From the NCBI RefSeq assembly GCF_001194135.2, contig NC_068989.1, positions 3,774,798 through 3,838,797 on the forward strand: a DNA stretch of 64,000 nucleotides, given 5' to 3'. The position numbers and the translations under genes are program-made. How positions within the stretch are numbered: the stretch's first letter is position 1; each line of letters starts with the position of its first letter. Shown here piece by piece: positions 38,335 through 51,660 of the stretch. Under the pieces are notes generated by a model. That model saw nothing but the letters and a program-made list of their open reading frames with translations, had not been told where the DNA came from and ran no database searches. Source of the DNA: Octopus bimaculoides (taxonomy: Eukaryota).

Positions 38335-38559
38335 TGTTTTAGCTTTCGAAAGACGCCATCCCACTAGTTAGGCGGGCAAGCGAATAACCCCACTGGTCGG
38401 AAGGCTATTCCGACACAAGGTTACCCATTTACTGCTGAATGTACCGGAACAACGCGAAATGAAGTGTTTTGATCAAGAACTCAATGTGCCACCCGGTCCA
38501 CGAATCGAACCCATGATCTAGCGATTGCGATTGCGAGTGCCCTCACCACTCGGCCACGC
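38335..38559 (-). mobile_element. SINE family D (tRNA head)
   Basis: Minus strand: A-box TGGCCGAGTGG, B-box GGTTCGATTCG, then TTCTTGATCAAAACACTTCATTTCGCGTTGTTCCGG, as in 10601-10738. Confidence 0.75.
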
Positions 38560-39059
38560 ACAATCGCGCATCGATAATAGGCTACATTATTTCAGCTCCA
38601 CTTTCGGATACAACGACTCTGTGGCTTTTACATAAAGACATGAACATATGGCAACCTTATTTGATTGCGATTTTTCTAAAAAGTCGGAAAGATTCACGTC
38701 TCACTGGAGTACTTTGATGTAAAAAAAAGATAAAAAATATTCTGAATAATTCAATTAATTTGGTAAATTCTGACGTGTTCGTCTTCAGTGAAAACTCTGA
38801 AGTTGTCTTGAATAATGCACTTTGATAAAGACTTTATCAAATAAACATCAGTTGCATATGTTCCTGCAATAATAGGACGGATGGATGTCGCCGTGTACAT
38901 CACATGTTTGACAATAACACAACTGTACTTGCAGTGTTAATGATAATGGAAATATACGAGATGTTTACATGTATGTGTGTACGAGTGTCCACGTGCGTCC
39001 ACGTGTGCCAGTTCCTGCGTTTTTGTGTTTACGCGTTCCTACGTATGTATAAATAGTGA

Positions 39060-39253
39060 TTTCAAATATTTTAGCACCAGACATGCAATTTCGAGGAAGT
39101 ATTAAGTTGATTACATGGACCCCAGTACCTCAACTGGTACTTATTTTACAGACTCTAAAAAGATGTAAGACAATATCAACCTTGGCTGAATTTGAATTCA
39201 GAACGTAGAGACGAAGGAAATGCCGCTAACAGCTTTGTCCGGCTCGCCTCCTT
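39060..39253 (-). mobile_element. SINE family B, degenerate
   Basis: GACCCCAGTACCTCAACTGGTACTTATTTT...GAATTTGAATTCAGAACGTAGAGACG. Confidence 0.75.
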
Positions 39254-39308
<55 letters not shown>

Positions 39309-39309
39309 C

Positions 39310-39366
<57 letters not shown>

Positions 39367-39735
39367 TTATTCATTTATTAGCCGCAAGGGCTCACATAAA
39401 AAACATTAATTGACATACAGCATGAAAGACAAAAACAGGACAATACAATGAGTTTTCCTCGTGTACACAATATAATAATAAAAACTGAACAAATTAAAAC
39501 TCCCAATAGGGGAGGCGCTTTAAGGTCCGCGCGGAAAACACCACAAAACTCTATCTTTTTACAGGTGCACACTCAGAATTGGTCCTTTCACAGTGGCCAT
39601 TTTTCCAACATTTACCCACCTTTCAAAAAACTTGCTACAAGGCAACACTTTCTTCTCCATCCTCAACTTCCTGTTCAAGTGAAATTTGTAAAAGTTGATG
39701 ACGGCTTGGCCAAAGAGGAAAGAGTCTGTATTTAG
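39310..39735 (-). mobile_element. Tx1/L1-like LINE 3' end with 3' UTR and (ATT)n tail
   Basis: Minus frame 39731-39559 reads DSFLFGQAVINFYKFHLNRKLRMEKKVLPCSKFFERWVNVGKMATVKGPILSVHL*, like Tx1/L1 ORF2 ends (F..HL..K+..E......F..RW). A 190-nt UTR, AATAAA and an (ATT)n tail follow. Confidence 0.55.
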
Positions 39736-39739
39736 CTCT

Positions 39740-39798
<59 letters not shown>

Positions 39799-40554
39799 AT
39801 AATAATAATAATAATAATAATAACAATAACAATAATAATAAGTCAAACATAATATATCGACTCCTATGTTTTAATGGTAATTATCCAGTCGCCCCACAAG
39901 GGTGAAAGGAAGAAATAGTGAATTGAAAATTAAGTGTACATCTAACGTAATTTACGCTGGGTTCAGTATGGAATATTGTGCCGTAATTTTAATCACAATT
40001 TTCCCGCATCATCTTAAGGATCTACCAGTGAGTATTTATAGAGATTACAGTGGAATCAAATTCGGAAGAGCATCTGTGATCTCCGAGATGAATCTTCTAT
40101 CGATAATTTCTCTCAACAGTTACTGGATCAAAAAGAACAAAATTATCGTGCAATGTGTGACGATGTTAGTGTTAGAATAAGATACAAGAAAACCCAGTAG
40201 AACACCGATTTATGGGAGCCTTTGCTTCCAAAGCCTTTCTGGATTTTTCCGAACCAAGGGAGGTAACCTTGGTTACACATTCTAAATGAAACAAATATTA
40301 AATTTCCTTAAATTATCAAATGACATATAGATACCTGTACATTAGTGTTAATTAGTGTGAATTACAAAAACTCCAGGCAATCAGTACAATAGCTATGTAG
40401 TATATTGTGTCTGTTGTTTATATCATCAAGTGCATGCCAGAAATAATGCATATGATCACACGTAAACAGACTACAACAGACTACAATTTGTCATATTGCT
40501 AATATAAAACCTCGTAAATATTAAGTGTTTACGTTGTTCAATCCGTACATATAC

Positions 40555-40586
<32 letters not shown>

Positions 40587-40992
40587 CATACATACGTATA
40601 TACATACGTTAAAAAATAACCACTGTCAGTTATATTGAAACATAATGCAACTCCGAATATAGCCACAAGTTCACTAATATGACTGACTAGGAATTGATAA
40701 ACATTTTTATAAAGCATACAGAAAATTTTTTTAGAAATTGTCATGAATATAAAGTACGTGTTCTCCAAACAGTTTTTTTCTAAATATATCTAGATGCACA
40801 GAATTTGAGAAACTAATGTTAATGTATTTTATTTCTCTAAACATTAAAGCTTTCAAAAGTAAATAGAAAACCCACACCAAAAAGAGACGTATAAAACAAA
40901 ACAAAACATAATATCAAATACGAAATGTACAATGTTTGGAATTGCTACTAAGGTTCATAATAAGTATACTAGTAATAATAATAATAATAATG

Positions 40993-41069
<77 letters not shown>

Positions 41070-41402
41070 CAGATTTATTGTTATAATAAATGGAAGGAAA
41101 ATAGAAAAAAGTGAGGGTTGTGATAATAACGTTGCTGATGATGATAGGAGAAAAAATATAATATGCGTGTTAATGAGCCATAGAAAAATATCTAGATGAA
41201 GAGGAAAAGAAATTCAGCTAATAGATAAATAAGAATCGATTTCTTCGAAAGTGTACATTGGAATGGTTGGTAAGAAAATTTAATAGACTTTCGGATTTCG
41301 GCTTTGTAGTAGAAATTACATCCGCCGCAGTAAATGATAATATTAGGGAACTGTGATACAAAATGAAAATGTATGAGAATATTATATATATACATATACA
41401 AT

Positions 41403-41451
<49 letters not shown>

Positions 41452-41558
41452 GCGTGCGTGCGTGCGTGTGTGTATATGCATATATATATATATATGTGCA
41501 TATGTATATGTATGTGTGTGTATATATATTTGGATATATGACTATACATATACATATG

Positions 41559-41683
<125 letters not shown>

Positions 41684-43439
41684 TTATAGACGTAGACATA
41701 CATATACATGTATATATGAGAGAGAATAGATAATTATACAATTATTGGATGCGTTCATAATTATATAGAAACATTCGCATATCAATAAGTGTTTCGGAAT
41801 TATGCGAGTATCGGAAATATAGTAAATAAAGATGCAAAGCTAATAAAACTACGAAATACAAGAAATAATAAGACAGAAAACCAGGTGAAGAGTGAGAAAT
41901 TATATGAATAATTTAGAAGAGAAAATATATTCATCAATAAATAAATATACAGTAAGATACGGATAACGTGGTGCATAGTAAGAGTAAGATTGTACACAAT
42001 CACTACTGTTACATGGGAAATCGTTGTATATGAAGTATATTAAACACAAATGTATACTTGGGGTGATTAGAAAAATTATTGTTTCAGAATGTGTGTTTAG
42101 TAAGGCATTCATAATATACAGAATTTTATTGACTTCTATATTACAAAATATGATATTTAGTCTGTTGTGTTTCCACCTTAAAATTTACTGGTGATGAGAA
42201 TTTTCCAGTTTAACTCACAGGTTTCTATTCTTTGAGTGCCAAATATATATTGAATGTGATGTGGCATTGTAGTAAACTTCTCAGTGACAAGCGTAATATA
42301 GATGTCCGATGAGCGTGGTTCCAGACGGTCCAAACCTCGAATGGGATTATCCATGATCGTTTATTTTTTTAGTCCATAAAGAATAAGCAAAAATTATTTT
42401 TCATTTGTTTCATGGTAAAGCTTCACAAGTTTAAGCTACTTTGACTAAGATTTGTCTCACCCGATAAATGCACAACGTTGTTTATAATTAGTTGAACTCC
42501 CGGCGAACGAAAAAACTATCGTACAAATTAAACTGAAACTTTCAATTTTCTGAAAGTACATATTCGGTGTTCTTATACCACCGTTAATAGTCTATCACTC
42601 TCTATTAGTGAAGGAGTACCAAAAATGGCGGTAAATGTTTACATTTATCTGTATAAATTTTCACACACACAGTACACGCATTTTTCATGAAATCTTGTTT
42701 CAATACATACATGCACACATACATGCATACATACATACATACATACATACATACATACATACATACATACATACATACATAAATTTGCGTGTGTGCGTGG
42801 GTGTGGGTGTAAATCAGATTAAAGTGGATTCAGAAATCGTAGTAGTTTCCTCTATCAGCATTGCTGCAAACACCGGCTAACANNNNNNNNNNNNNNNNNN
42901 NNNNNNNNNNNNNNNNNNNNNNNNNNNNNNNNNNNNNNNNNNNNNNNNNNNNNNNNNNNNNNNNNNNNNNNNNNNNNNNNNNNNNNNNNNNNNNNNNNNN
43001 NNNNNNNNNNNNNNNNNNNNNNNNNNNNNNNNNNNNNNNNNNNNNNNNNNNNNNNNNNNNNNNNNNNNNNNNNNNNNNNNNNNNNNNNNNNNNNNNNNNN
43101 NNNNNNNNNNNNNNNNNNNNNNNNNNNNNNNNNNNNNNNNNNNNNNNNNNNNNNNNNNNNNNNNNNNNNNNNNNNNNNNNNNNNNNNNNNNNNNNNNNNN
43201 NNNNNNNNNNNNNNNNNNNNNNNNNNNNNNNNNNNNNNNNNNNNNNNNNNNNNNNNNNNNNNNNNNNNNNNNNNNNNNNNNNNNNNNNNNTATATATATA
43301 TGAAGGCATTCTGCATGTCATTGACAGCTGCCCGAAATACCGTCTTAAACAGATGAAATTTTGCTCTGCGTTTTGTCGAGTACAAAATCGATTTATTCGA
43401 ACGAGGGAAAAAGCAACACTGCAAATCTTCACTGTCACC

Positions 43440-43612
43440 ACAGTTCTATATCTAACAGGAGAGGAATTATGTACATTGTTTACATTTGACGGATATTTGT
43501 CCTCATCTTGTTTGTTGTTAACACCTCGTTTCGGCTGATATACCCTCCAGCCTTCATCAGGTGTCTTGGGGAAATTTCAAACTTGGTTTCTCACTCCTAA
43601 GTTATTTTTCGA

Positions 43613-43691
<79 letters not shown>

Positions 43692-43788
43692 ATCACTGCC
43701 TGGGATCGTAAAGGAGTCTTAGGGTTAGTAGCCCACGCTCTTAACCACTACGCCATATGAGGACAAATATCCGTCAAATGTAAATAAT
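43440..43788 (-). mobile_element. tRNA-headed SINE-like element with internal (AAT)n, hammerhead-like motif and inverted 5' duplication
   Basis: A-box TGGCGTAGTGG (43755-43745), degenerate B-box, (AAT)n, CTGATGA...GAAA motif; perfect 28-bp inverted repeat 43479-43506 / 43757-43784. Confidence 0.8.
43520..43565 (-). ncRNA. Minimal type-I hammerhead ribozyme-like motif (cleavage triplet mutated)
   Basis: GACAC-CTGATGA-A-GGCTG-GAGGGTATAT-CAGCC-GAAA-C-GAG-GTGTT: intact CUGAUGA and GAAA cores, stem II GGCTG/CAGCC, stem I GACAC/GTGTT; GAG where GUH is required. Confidence 0.6.
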
Positions 43789-44339
43789 ATAAATAATGTT
43801 CATTGTCACCAATTTGAACGTGTCAGTCATCAACCCTTCGGTAAAAGTAGAAAGGAAAAAAGAGCTCTAGTCAACTGAAAGGGAGACAACTTGGATTATG
43901 ATAATTCAATCACATTCTGAAAAGATAAGACAAGGGAAGATAAATTCATTGGAATGGCAGCTTTGCCATGCTCTCTTCACTCACTGGACATAACACAACC
44001 AGATTTCGATTTATTGACGTCTTTTGAACAATTTACACTAAAAAAAAAATAGTCAGAAATAGGGACAGTGTTGAAACGGTAATAAAAAACATTTTTCTTT
44101 TCTAAAAAGCTTGCTTTTTTCTTTTTAATGAGGAAGCAGAAAACTGGTTTCGAGGAGGAGAAAATGCTATCACTAATGATGGTAGTTCTATTATGAATAT
44201 GCTTTATACTGATTCCGATTCGTTACCTGAAATACGAGATTAGTTTTCGATACCACATACTCGCATACATGCGCGTACAAACACACACACACAAAATGTC
44301 ATAAGAAAAAATACAAATCTTGTTAATTGCAGCTACCCT

Positions 44340-44810
44340 GGGTTTCGTTGTCTGCTCTAATCCAGCTATCAAACCGTCTTGTTCTCAGCTCGAAAACCAG
44401 CGAAATATGTGGAAAGCCTAATATGTGGCTGCAAGATTCGGCTCTATAAAGAGTCAGAATTGGTCTCATACCTCCTCGATTGTAATCCAATGTATTAATA
44501 TGTGTGGGACACGCCGAGAAGGATACAAACCGCTCCGCCTGCAACAGCAAGGCCGAGTTCGCGGCTAAGATCAAGATGTTAGAAGATCTTCTCCAGTACA
44601 CAGTGGAAAACTTATGCGCCAGGTTCCCGAACCGTGTTGAGGCCGTGGTGGAAGCTGAGGGCGGCCACGTTGAGTACACCGTTATTTCACAGTCATAATC
44701 TAGTTGATCCTTTAAAAAAAAAAAAAAATTGTAAGATTTCTAATTTGAGATGAGAGATACTTTTTTGTATTCTTTGTATGCAAACTGTCAGCTTTAGCCC
44801 GAACACGCTG
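44340..44810 (+). mobile_element. Tc1/mariner-superfamily transposase 3' relic (maT/DD37D-like) with probable right TIR
   Basis: CTCGATTGTAATCCAATG (DCNPM, as in SPDxNPxDY); ...DTNRSACNSKAEFAAKIK...LCARFPNRVEAVVEAEGGHVEY; element ends ...CCGAACACGCTG, whose reverse complement CAGCGTG resembles a Tc1-type end. Confidence 0.75.
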
Positions 44811-46024
44811 CAACGCACACACACACCAATACAAAAATATATGTATGTATGTTTGTGTATATGTATATATATGTNNNNNNNNNNNNNNNNNNNNNNNNNN
44901 NNNNNNNNNNNNNNNNNNNNNNNNNNNNNNNNNNNNNNNNNNNNNNNNNNNNNNNNNNNNNNNNNNNNNNNNNNNNNNNNNNNNNNNNNNNNNNNNNNNN
45001 NNNNNNNNNNNNNNNNNNNNNNNNNNNNNNNNNNNNNNNNNNNNNNNNNNNNNNNNNNNNNNNNNNNNNNNNNNNNNNNNNNNNNNNNNNNNNNNNNNNN
45101 NNNNNNNNNNNNNNNNNNNNNNNNNNNNNNNNNNNNNNNNNNNNNNNNNNNNNNNNNNNNNNNNNNNNNNNNNNNNNNNNNNNNNNNNNNNNNNNNNNNN
45201 NNNNNNNNNNNNNNNNNNNNNNNNNNNNNNNNNNNNNNNNNNNNNNNNNNNNNNNNNNNNNNNNNNNNNNNNNNNNNNNNNNNNNNNNNNNNNNNNNNNN
45301 NNNNNNNNNNNNNNNNNNNNNNNNNNNNNNNNNNNNNNNNNNNNNNNNNNNNNNNNNNNNNNNNNNNNNNNNNNNNNNNNNNNNNNNNNNNNNNNNNNNN
45401 NNNNNNNNNNNNNNNNNNNNNNNNNNNNNNNNNNNNNNNNNNNNNNNTATATATATAAGTTTGTGTGTGTCTATGTATATACGGCAAGCAAAAAATATGT
45501 ATATTAAATAAAAAACAGTGATATATTAGAATAAATAAAATATTAATTATTTATCTGGAATATTCCACAAAATCTATATTGACGTTCTTCAATACATATT
45601 TTTCGTATTACTTTTATATTTGTATCTATATTTTTTTGTCGAAATGATTTTTTTCCTGTGAATATTCTAAGCTGGGAAACTTCTCAAATTGATTATGATT
45701 ATCACATCACACTGTCTGGAAAATGTTGCTGCATCCTTTTGAACAGTGGCGGTGGCAGCGATTGCGGTGGTGTTGGTGATTGTGGTGGTAGTTACACCGC
45801 TGTGGTATGGTGGTGTGATAGTAATGGGTAAAATGTTAGCGTTTTGTGTAGGATTTGTGATTTGTTGTGAGAGAATATTTCTGCTTTAATGTCGATCATT
45901 TCTGTGATAATTCAGAAAGAATTATTGTTTGATGGTGTGGAAATGCCGTGAGGGTTGCGACAGCTGGTGGCATATTATTGGTGCTTGTTTATGACATGTA
46001 TAACAGACAATTCATATACTGGCT

Positions 46025-46211
46025 TAAAATTTTGGCACAGGGCCAACAATTTCAGAAACGTTGATTTCACTGATCCCAGTATCCAACTGGTGCTTATTAT
46101 ATTGATCGAGAAAGATGAAAGGCTTCGACGGTATTTGAAATCAGAACGTATGGATGGATGACATACCGCTAAGCATTTTGCTCAGCGTGCTAACGATTCT
46201 GCCACCACGCT
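46025..46211 (-). mobile_element. SINE family B, degenerate
   Basis: AATTTTGGCACAGGGCC...GATCCCAGTATCCAACTGG...CATACCGCTAAGCATTTTGCTCAGCGTGCTAACGATTCTGCC. Confidence 0.8.
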
Positions 46212-46989
46212 ATCTTTTGTAACATATATAGTAATATTTGTTTTGTATCGAGTTATGAAACAATTTAACATGAAACTGAAGAATTAGAAGAAACTTTTGG
46301 TAGTGTATTCATTTTGGGGAGTAGTGAGTGATGGGAGTGACTTGGAAGTTTCGGCCTTCTAACTATCCTCAGGCTGTCATCGGAATCTCATAATTGTTCT
46401 TCTAAAAGCTTTAACATGTCCATATATATATATATATGTCTATATGAGTTAGTGGTTAAACAACCTTCTAAGGGATAATGAATATCCAATATACTACTGG
46501 ATGTATACCTATGTATTTATATCCAAATGCTTACTATTGTAGGGCAATGTCGCAATTGAATAATAGGTATGAGTGGAGATAAAGCAGAAATTTACCTAGG
46601 ATTTATAAGGCAAAGAAGAAAATGGAGAGGATAAACAAACGACAAACATCGATTATTTGTTTTGATTACTTATACATATGATTGTAATTAATTAATAAAT
46701 AGATCCAAATTAATGTTTACGGACTAATGCTTGTCGACTGATTATCTTCTCCATTTTTTCATTGCCTTAGAAGATAGGAATATTAGTAACATACAGGAGC
46801 CTGAGCGGCCACTATCACTTTCTACCGGTTGCCGTCGAAACCTCAGCTGTTCTCGGACTCCGCACTACTGATCTCTTTTCTTTTGCAAAATCAGTGAAAT
46901 CGAGGCCCGTTAGAGAAAGGAGACCTGTGGATTGATGTGAATGTTGTAGCGAGTGTCGGTTGGCAAAAATGGGTTGTAATTCAGAGGCC

Positions 46990-47094
46990 CAAACTGTCTG
47001 TGATGTGCTCAGCCACTTGCATGTTAATTTCACGAGGAGGCTGTTTTCGTTGAATCGGTTCAACTGAGACCCTCGTCGTCGCAACCGACGAAGT
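46990..47094 (+). mobile_element. SINE family C tail
   Basis: TGCTCAGCCACTTGCATGTTAATTTCACGAG...CCCTCGTCGTCGCAACCGACGAAGT matches 8020-8113. Confidence 0.75.
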
Positions 47095-47769
47095 TCCAGT
47101 TTTCGTTTTATTTTTTATTTTTATGTGGTGATAAGAAATAATGGTGATGGTTGCGGCAGAATGTTGTAGCTTAGGTTAGTGACCGGTAACTGTGGAGGAG
47201 ATTGTGGAGGTACCAGAAGTGAGAAACGAGAGAGAGATAGGGAGAGAAAGGGAGAGAAAGAGATAGGGAGAGAAAGAGAGAGAACTATAGAGAAAGAAAT
47301 ATATGTAAATATAGTGGGAGAGAGAGAAAAAGTGTGTGTGTGTGTGTGTGAGAGAGAGAGATGAAGTTAAATTTTCTGTTTCCTTCTCAGCTAAACCCAC
47401 TTCCTACCTGTCTACATCAAATCCACCTTTCAGCAAATTCGGAAAACAATAACTAAAATAATAACGACAGCGTTAACAAAAACCTGTAACAACTATAACG
47501 ACAATAAACAATAAACAAAAAACAAACAAAAAACACACCAAACAAACAAATTATTTATGAATAAATATATAAATAATGTAAAAATAAATAAATATATAAC
47601 ATAAAATATTGTAAGAAATCAATTTTTCGCCTGACCGAAATAAAATGGCGTTTATTATAATTTAAATGGAAAATCAAGTGAGATATAGGATAACGTGAGA
47701 GCTGATATCTAATAGAGTTATACCCTGGGGACATATTTAAAACTGCAGCAAGATCAATGGTTGGTGGCA

Positions 47770-47864
<95 letters not shown>

Positions 47865-48142
47865 TGTGTGTGCGCGCGTGTGTGTATACATACATACATA
47901 CATATATAAGCAAATATATATATATACATATACGTATGTATATGTATAAAAACCTATATGTATATTCTTGTGTATATGAGTGTGTCTATGCATGCATACA
48001 CATATGCACACTCATATACATGTCCGTGTGTGTAGGTATGTATGTAAATATATGCATATACCCATATCCATATACATATGATATATAGATGCATATACGT
48101 TTACTCATGTATATACACATACACATTGTCGTATACACACAA

Positions 48143-48185
<43 letters not shown>

Positions 48186-48253
48186 CAGTTGCATACATAT
48201 ATAAATTTATATATGTATCAATTAGTGTGTACGTACGTTCTTACGTACATGTT

Positions 48254-48285
<32 letters not shown>

Positions 48286-48476
48286 GAGAGATAGAGAGAG
48301 AGGTGGGTTTAACATACATGTATATATATATCTGTGTATATAGCCATTCATTCATGCACATCTACATACATGCACATAAAGTGAATTTTATACAATGAGG
48401 AACAAAAATTGGAGAGTGATATATAAATAAACAAATTTTTGACAGCTAATAATCATCGTTTCTCTCTGCTCTGCGC

Positions 48477-48534
<58 letters not shown>

Positions 48535-48679
48535 AATTTTCTATGCTGTTATGCAAGAATTTCATCGTTGAATTCGGTTATGAAGTTCATTGTTCTTAAT
48601 GTGATTTATCATTATTCTTACAGACCTAGCAATCTCACATAATAGTTAATAACAGTGCCGACGATGATAATAATAATAA

Positions 48680-49507
48680 TTCTTTCTAATTTTGTTACAA
48701 GACAATCAATTTTTGAGGAAGTGGGTGTGTCGTCTACATCGGATTCAGCACTTCAAACTTGAAAACATAAAAGTTAGCTACAGCCCCGCTGTTATTTGAA
48801 CTTAGACCGTAAAACCCGCAACAAATATCCAAACTACTTACTTTGGCGCGCTAACGATTCTGCCAGCTCTGCACCTTTAATAATTTCTTCTAGTTTAGGC
48901 ACAAACCCAGTAATTGTCACGGGGATGTGTCTAGTAGTTCCATTCACCTCTGTGCTTGAATGCCACTTGACTTTATTTTCCTCGGAAACGTGAATGATAA
49001 AATTGGTCCGAGGGTGATTTGACTGTAGAACCTAAGGAGCACGTAGAAATATCTCGAATTTTTTGTTTGTTTGTCTCTTATTTTCTGACCACCTAGAACG
49101 CCAGAAACTTTGCGTCGGTATCAATGAATTAAATCGATCTGAGTACCTGATTGATTTTTTTTGTGTGGATTAGAAAGATAAATTCGATTTTTCTGTGAGT
49201 TGAACTAAGGACATTCACGGATGGAACACAATTGTACCAATGTTAACATGCAATAGGAGCTGCAAATATCTTCTACAATTCTTTATATTTTAACTTAATA
49301 ATTAGTTTCAAATTTTGGCACAAGGCCAGCTATTTCGGCGGAGGGGATAAGTAGATTACACCGACTCCAATACGCAACTGGTTCGTATTTGATCGACTTG
49401 GAAAGAATGAAAGGTAAAGCCGACCTTGGAAGCCTTTGAACTCAGAAGGTTTAGGCGGGAGAAATACCGCTAAGCATTTTGCTAACGATTCTGCCCGTTC
49501 TTCGCCA
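48680..49507 (-). mobile_element. Cluster of four head-to-tail SINE B copies (48680-48877, 48880-49050, 49080-49220, 49305-49507)
   Basis: The outer two copies are clear (GCTAACGATTCTGCC head; TTTTGGCACAAGGCC tail); the inner two are degenerate. Confidence 0.65.
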
Positions 49508-50391
49508 TATAAATACTTTATATGTGTACACTGTGTTCACTCAAAACAAAAACTAAATACGGCAAAGTGAAAAAATGAGTGTTAGTTGGTGGTCAAGATA
49601 TTATGAGTGCGTTATCGGAGAGAGATCGGAAGTGTATTTATATATATATATATATATATATANNNNNNNNNNNNNNNNNNNNNNNNNNNNNNNNNNNNNN
49701 NNNNNNNNNNNNNNNNNNNNNNNNNNNNNNNNNNNNNNNNNNNNNNNNNNNNNNNNNNNNNNNNNNNNNNNNNNNNNNNNNNNNNNNNNNNNNNNNNGTG
49801 TGTGTGTGTGTGTGTGTGTGACTATATTTATCTATCCATTTATCTCTCTATCAATCTATCTATCAATATATATATATATATATATATACATATACGCATA
49901 TCTATATACATATATATACACACACATACACACACACATACACACATATATATACACACAAACACATATATATTCATTCACATATATATAATTATGCATA
50001 TGCATATGCCGTTGTCCTTTTCCAAAACGCCCTATTCTGATAACTAGTTCGATTCCCACTTAAATAATCTATTCCCTCATACGATCTTTCTAGTTACTCC
50101 CATCTCCTCGGGAATATATTAATCTTTTATTCTGCAATTCTCTCCCGCATTTACTCTCAATATTTTCTTTTACATTAGAATCAGTCATATTCCCTTGCAC
50201 TGTTTTCTACGTTTCCTTCGATTTTTTTTCTCTTAGAATATATCTTCTTCTCATGTTATATGTTTTTATTTTTGTTATTAGTACAGCTGAGGAAAAGCTG
50301 TTGTGTAACATAAAATCTATTGAAATGCTACAAGTCCAGAGGCTGTAAGCTATATTCCTGATGTAATTATCGCAAAATATAGACACACACA

Positions 50392-50464
<73 letters not shown>

Positions 50465-50545
50465 TGACACGTACACATACCTATGTGCATCGATAGCATT
50501 ACGTTTCATATATATATGTAATGATATGCGTGTATATGTATACGC

Positions 50546-50585
<40 letters not shown>

Positions 50586-50782
50586 ACAGATGCATATATG
50601 CATGGATACATATATGTACATGTGTGTGTGTATTTATATATATATATATATGTGCATGTGTCCCTCTATATATATTTCATATGTATATAGACATAAATGA
50701 ATATTTATGTATATGTACGTTTATGTACATATATATTATACATATAGATGCATATGTACGTATACTGTGTAATATTTATATG

Positions 50783-50819
<37 letters not shown>

Positions 50820-50837
50820 AATATTTATACATATATG

Positions 50838-50909
<72 letters not shown>

Positions 50910-50913
50910 CATG

Positions 50914-50945
<32 letters not shown>

Positions 50946-51549
50946 AAGCCGCAAACAAAATAATTGAAAAAAATATCCAACAAGTACGAAGAATATAAGT
51001 TGAAAATAAAATGGAAGCACATTTGTTGTGACAAAATCGCAACATGAATTATACGGCTGAACTATGAAACTAGGCTACAGATTCTATTTCCGTCAATGAT
51101 TTGTTCAGTGGTGAGCACTCTAAAGCAGGAAATATATTCCAGCTGAGTCCACTCGCAGACACATTTTATATTTCTCGTTGCAGCAATATCATTTTAATTA
51201 TGTCTCTTATGGATTGATTTAGAACGGTTGAACACGTAGCAGTAACGTTGTCTTGTTTTGTTCGCAGACCGGCGATAGTATATCGCAATAATATACGCTA
51301 CAGTTGTTATATGGCTGAAGAAAAAAAACTGTGAAATCGAAGAAGCTCAGATTTAAATAGACAAATAAATGTGATTAAATAATAAAAAAATATATACTGC
51401 AGTAAAATACAACCAGCTGTTTCTCGCGAACTAGTATTGCTTAATAACATGCAGTGTGTTTTAACTAATTGTTTCAGCTGCCTAGGTAGTCGTGGGTAGG
51501 CATAGATACTCGCGCGGGTGACTAGTACTTTATTTTATCGACCACCAAA

Positions 51550-51660
51550 TTGCGGGGAGCTGACAGAGTTACTGGCACGTCGAACAAAACAGCGGTATTT
51601 CGTCTGACTCTGAGTTCCCACTTAACTTTTTATCCACTCGGGGTCCACATTAGTGCCTTT
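51550..51660 (+). mobile_element. SINE family B head, degenerate
   Basis: GGGGAGCTGACAGAG...GCGGTATTTCGTCTGACTCTGAGTTC. Confidence 0.55.

Noticed and set aside
43700-43756. tRNA gene
   Set aside because: It has an A-box but the B-box and acceptor stem are broken; it is a SINE head, not a functional tRNA. The same applies to 10601 and 38559.
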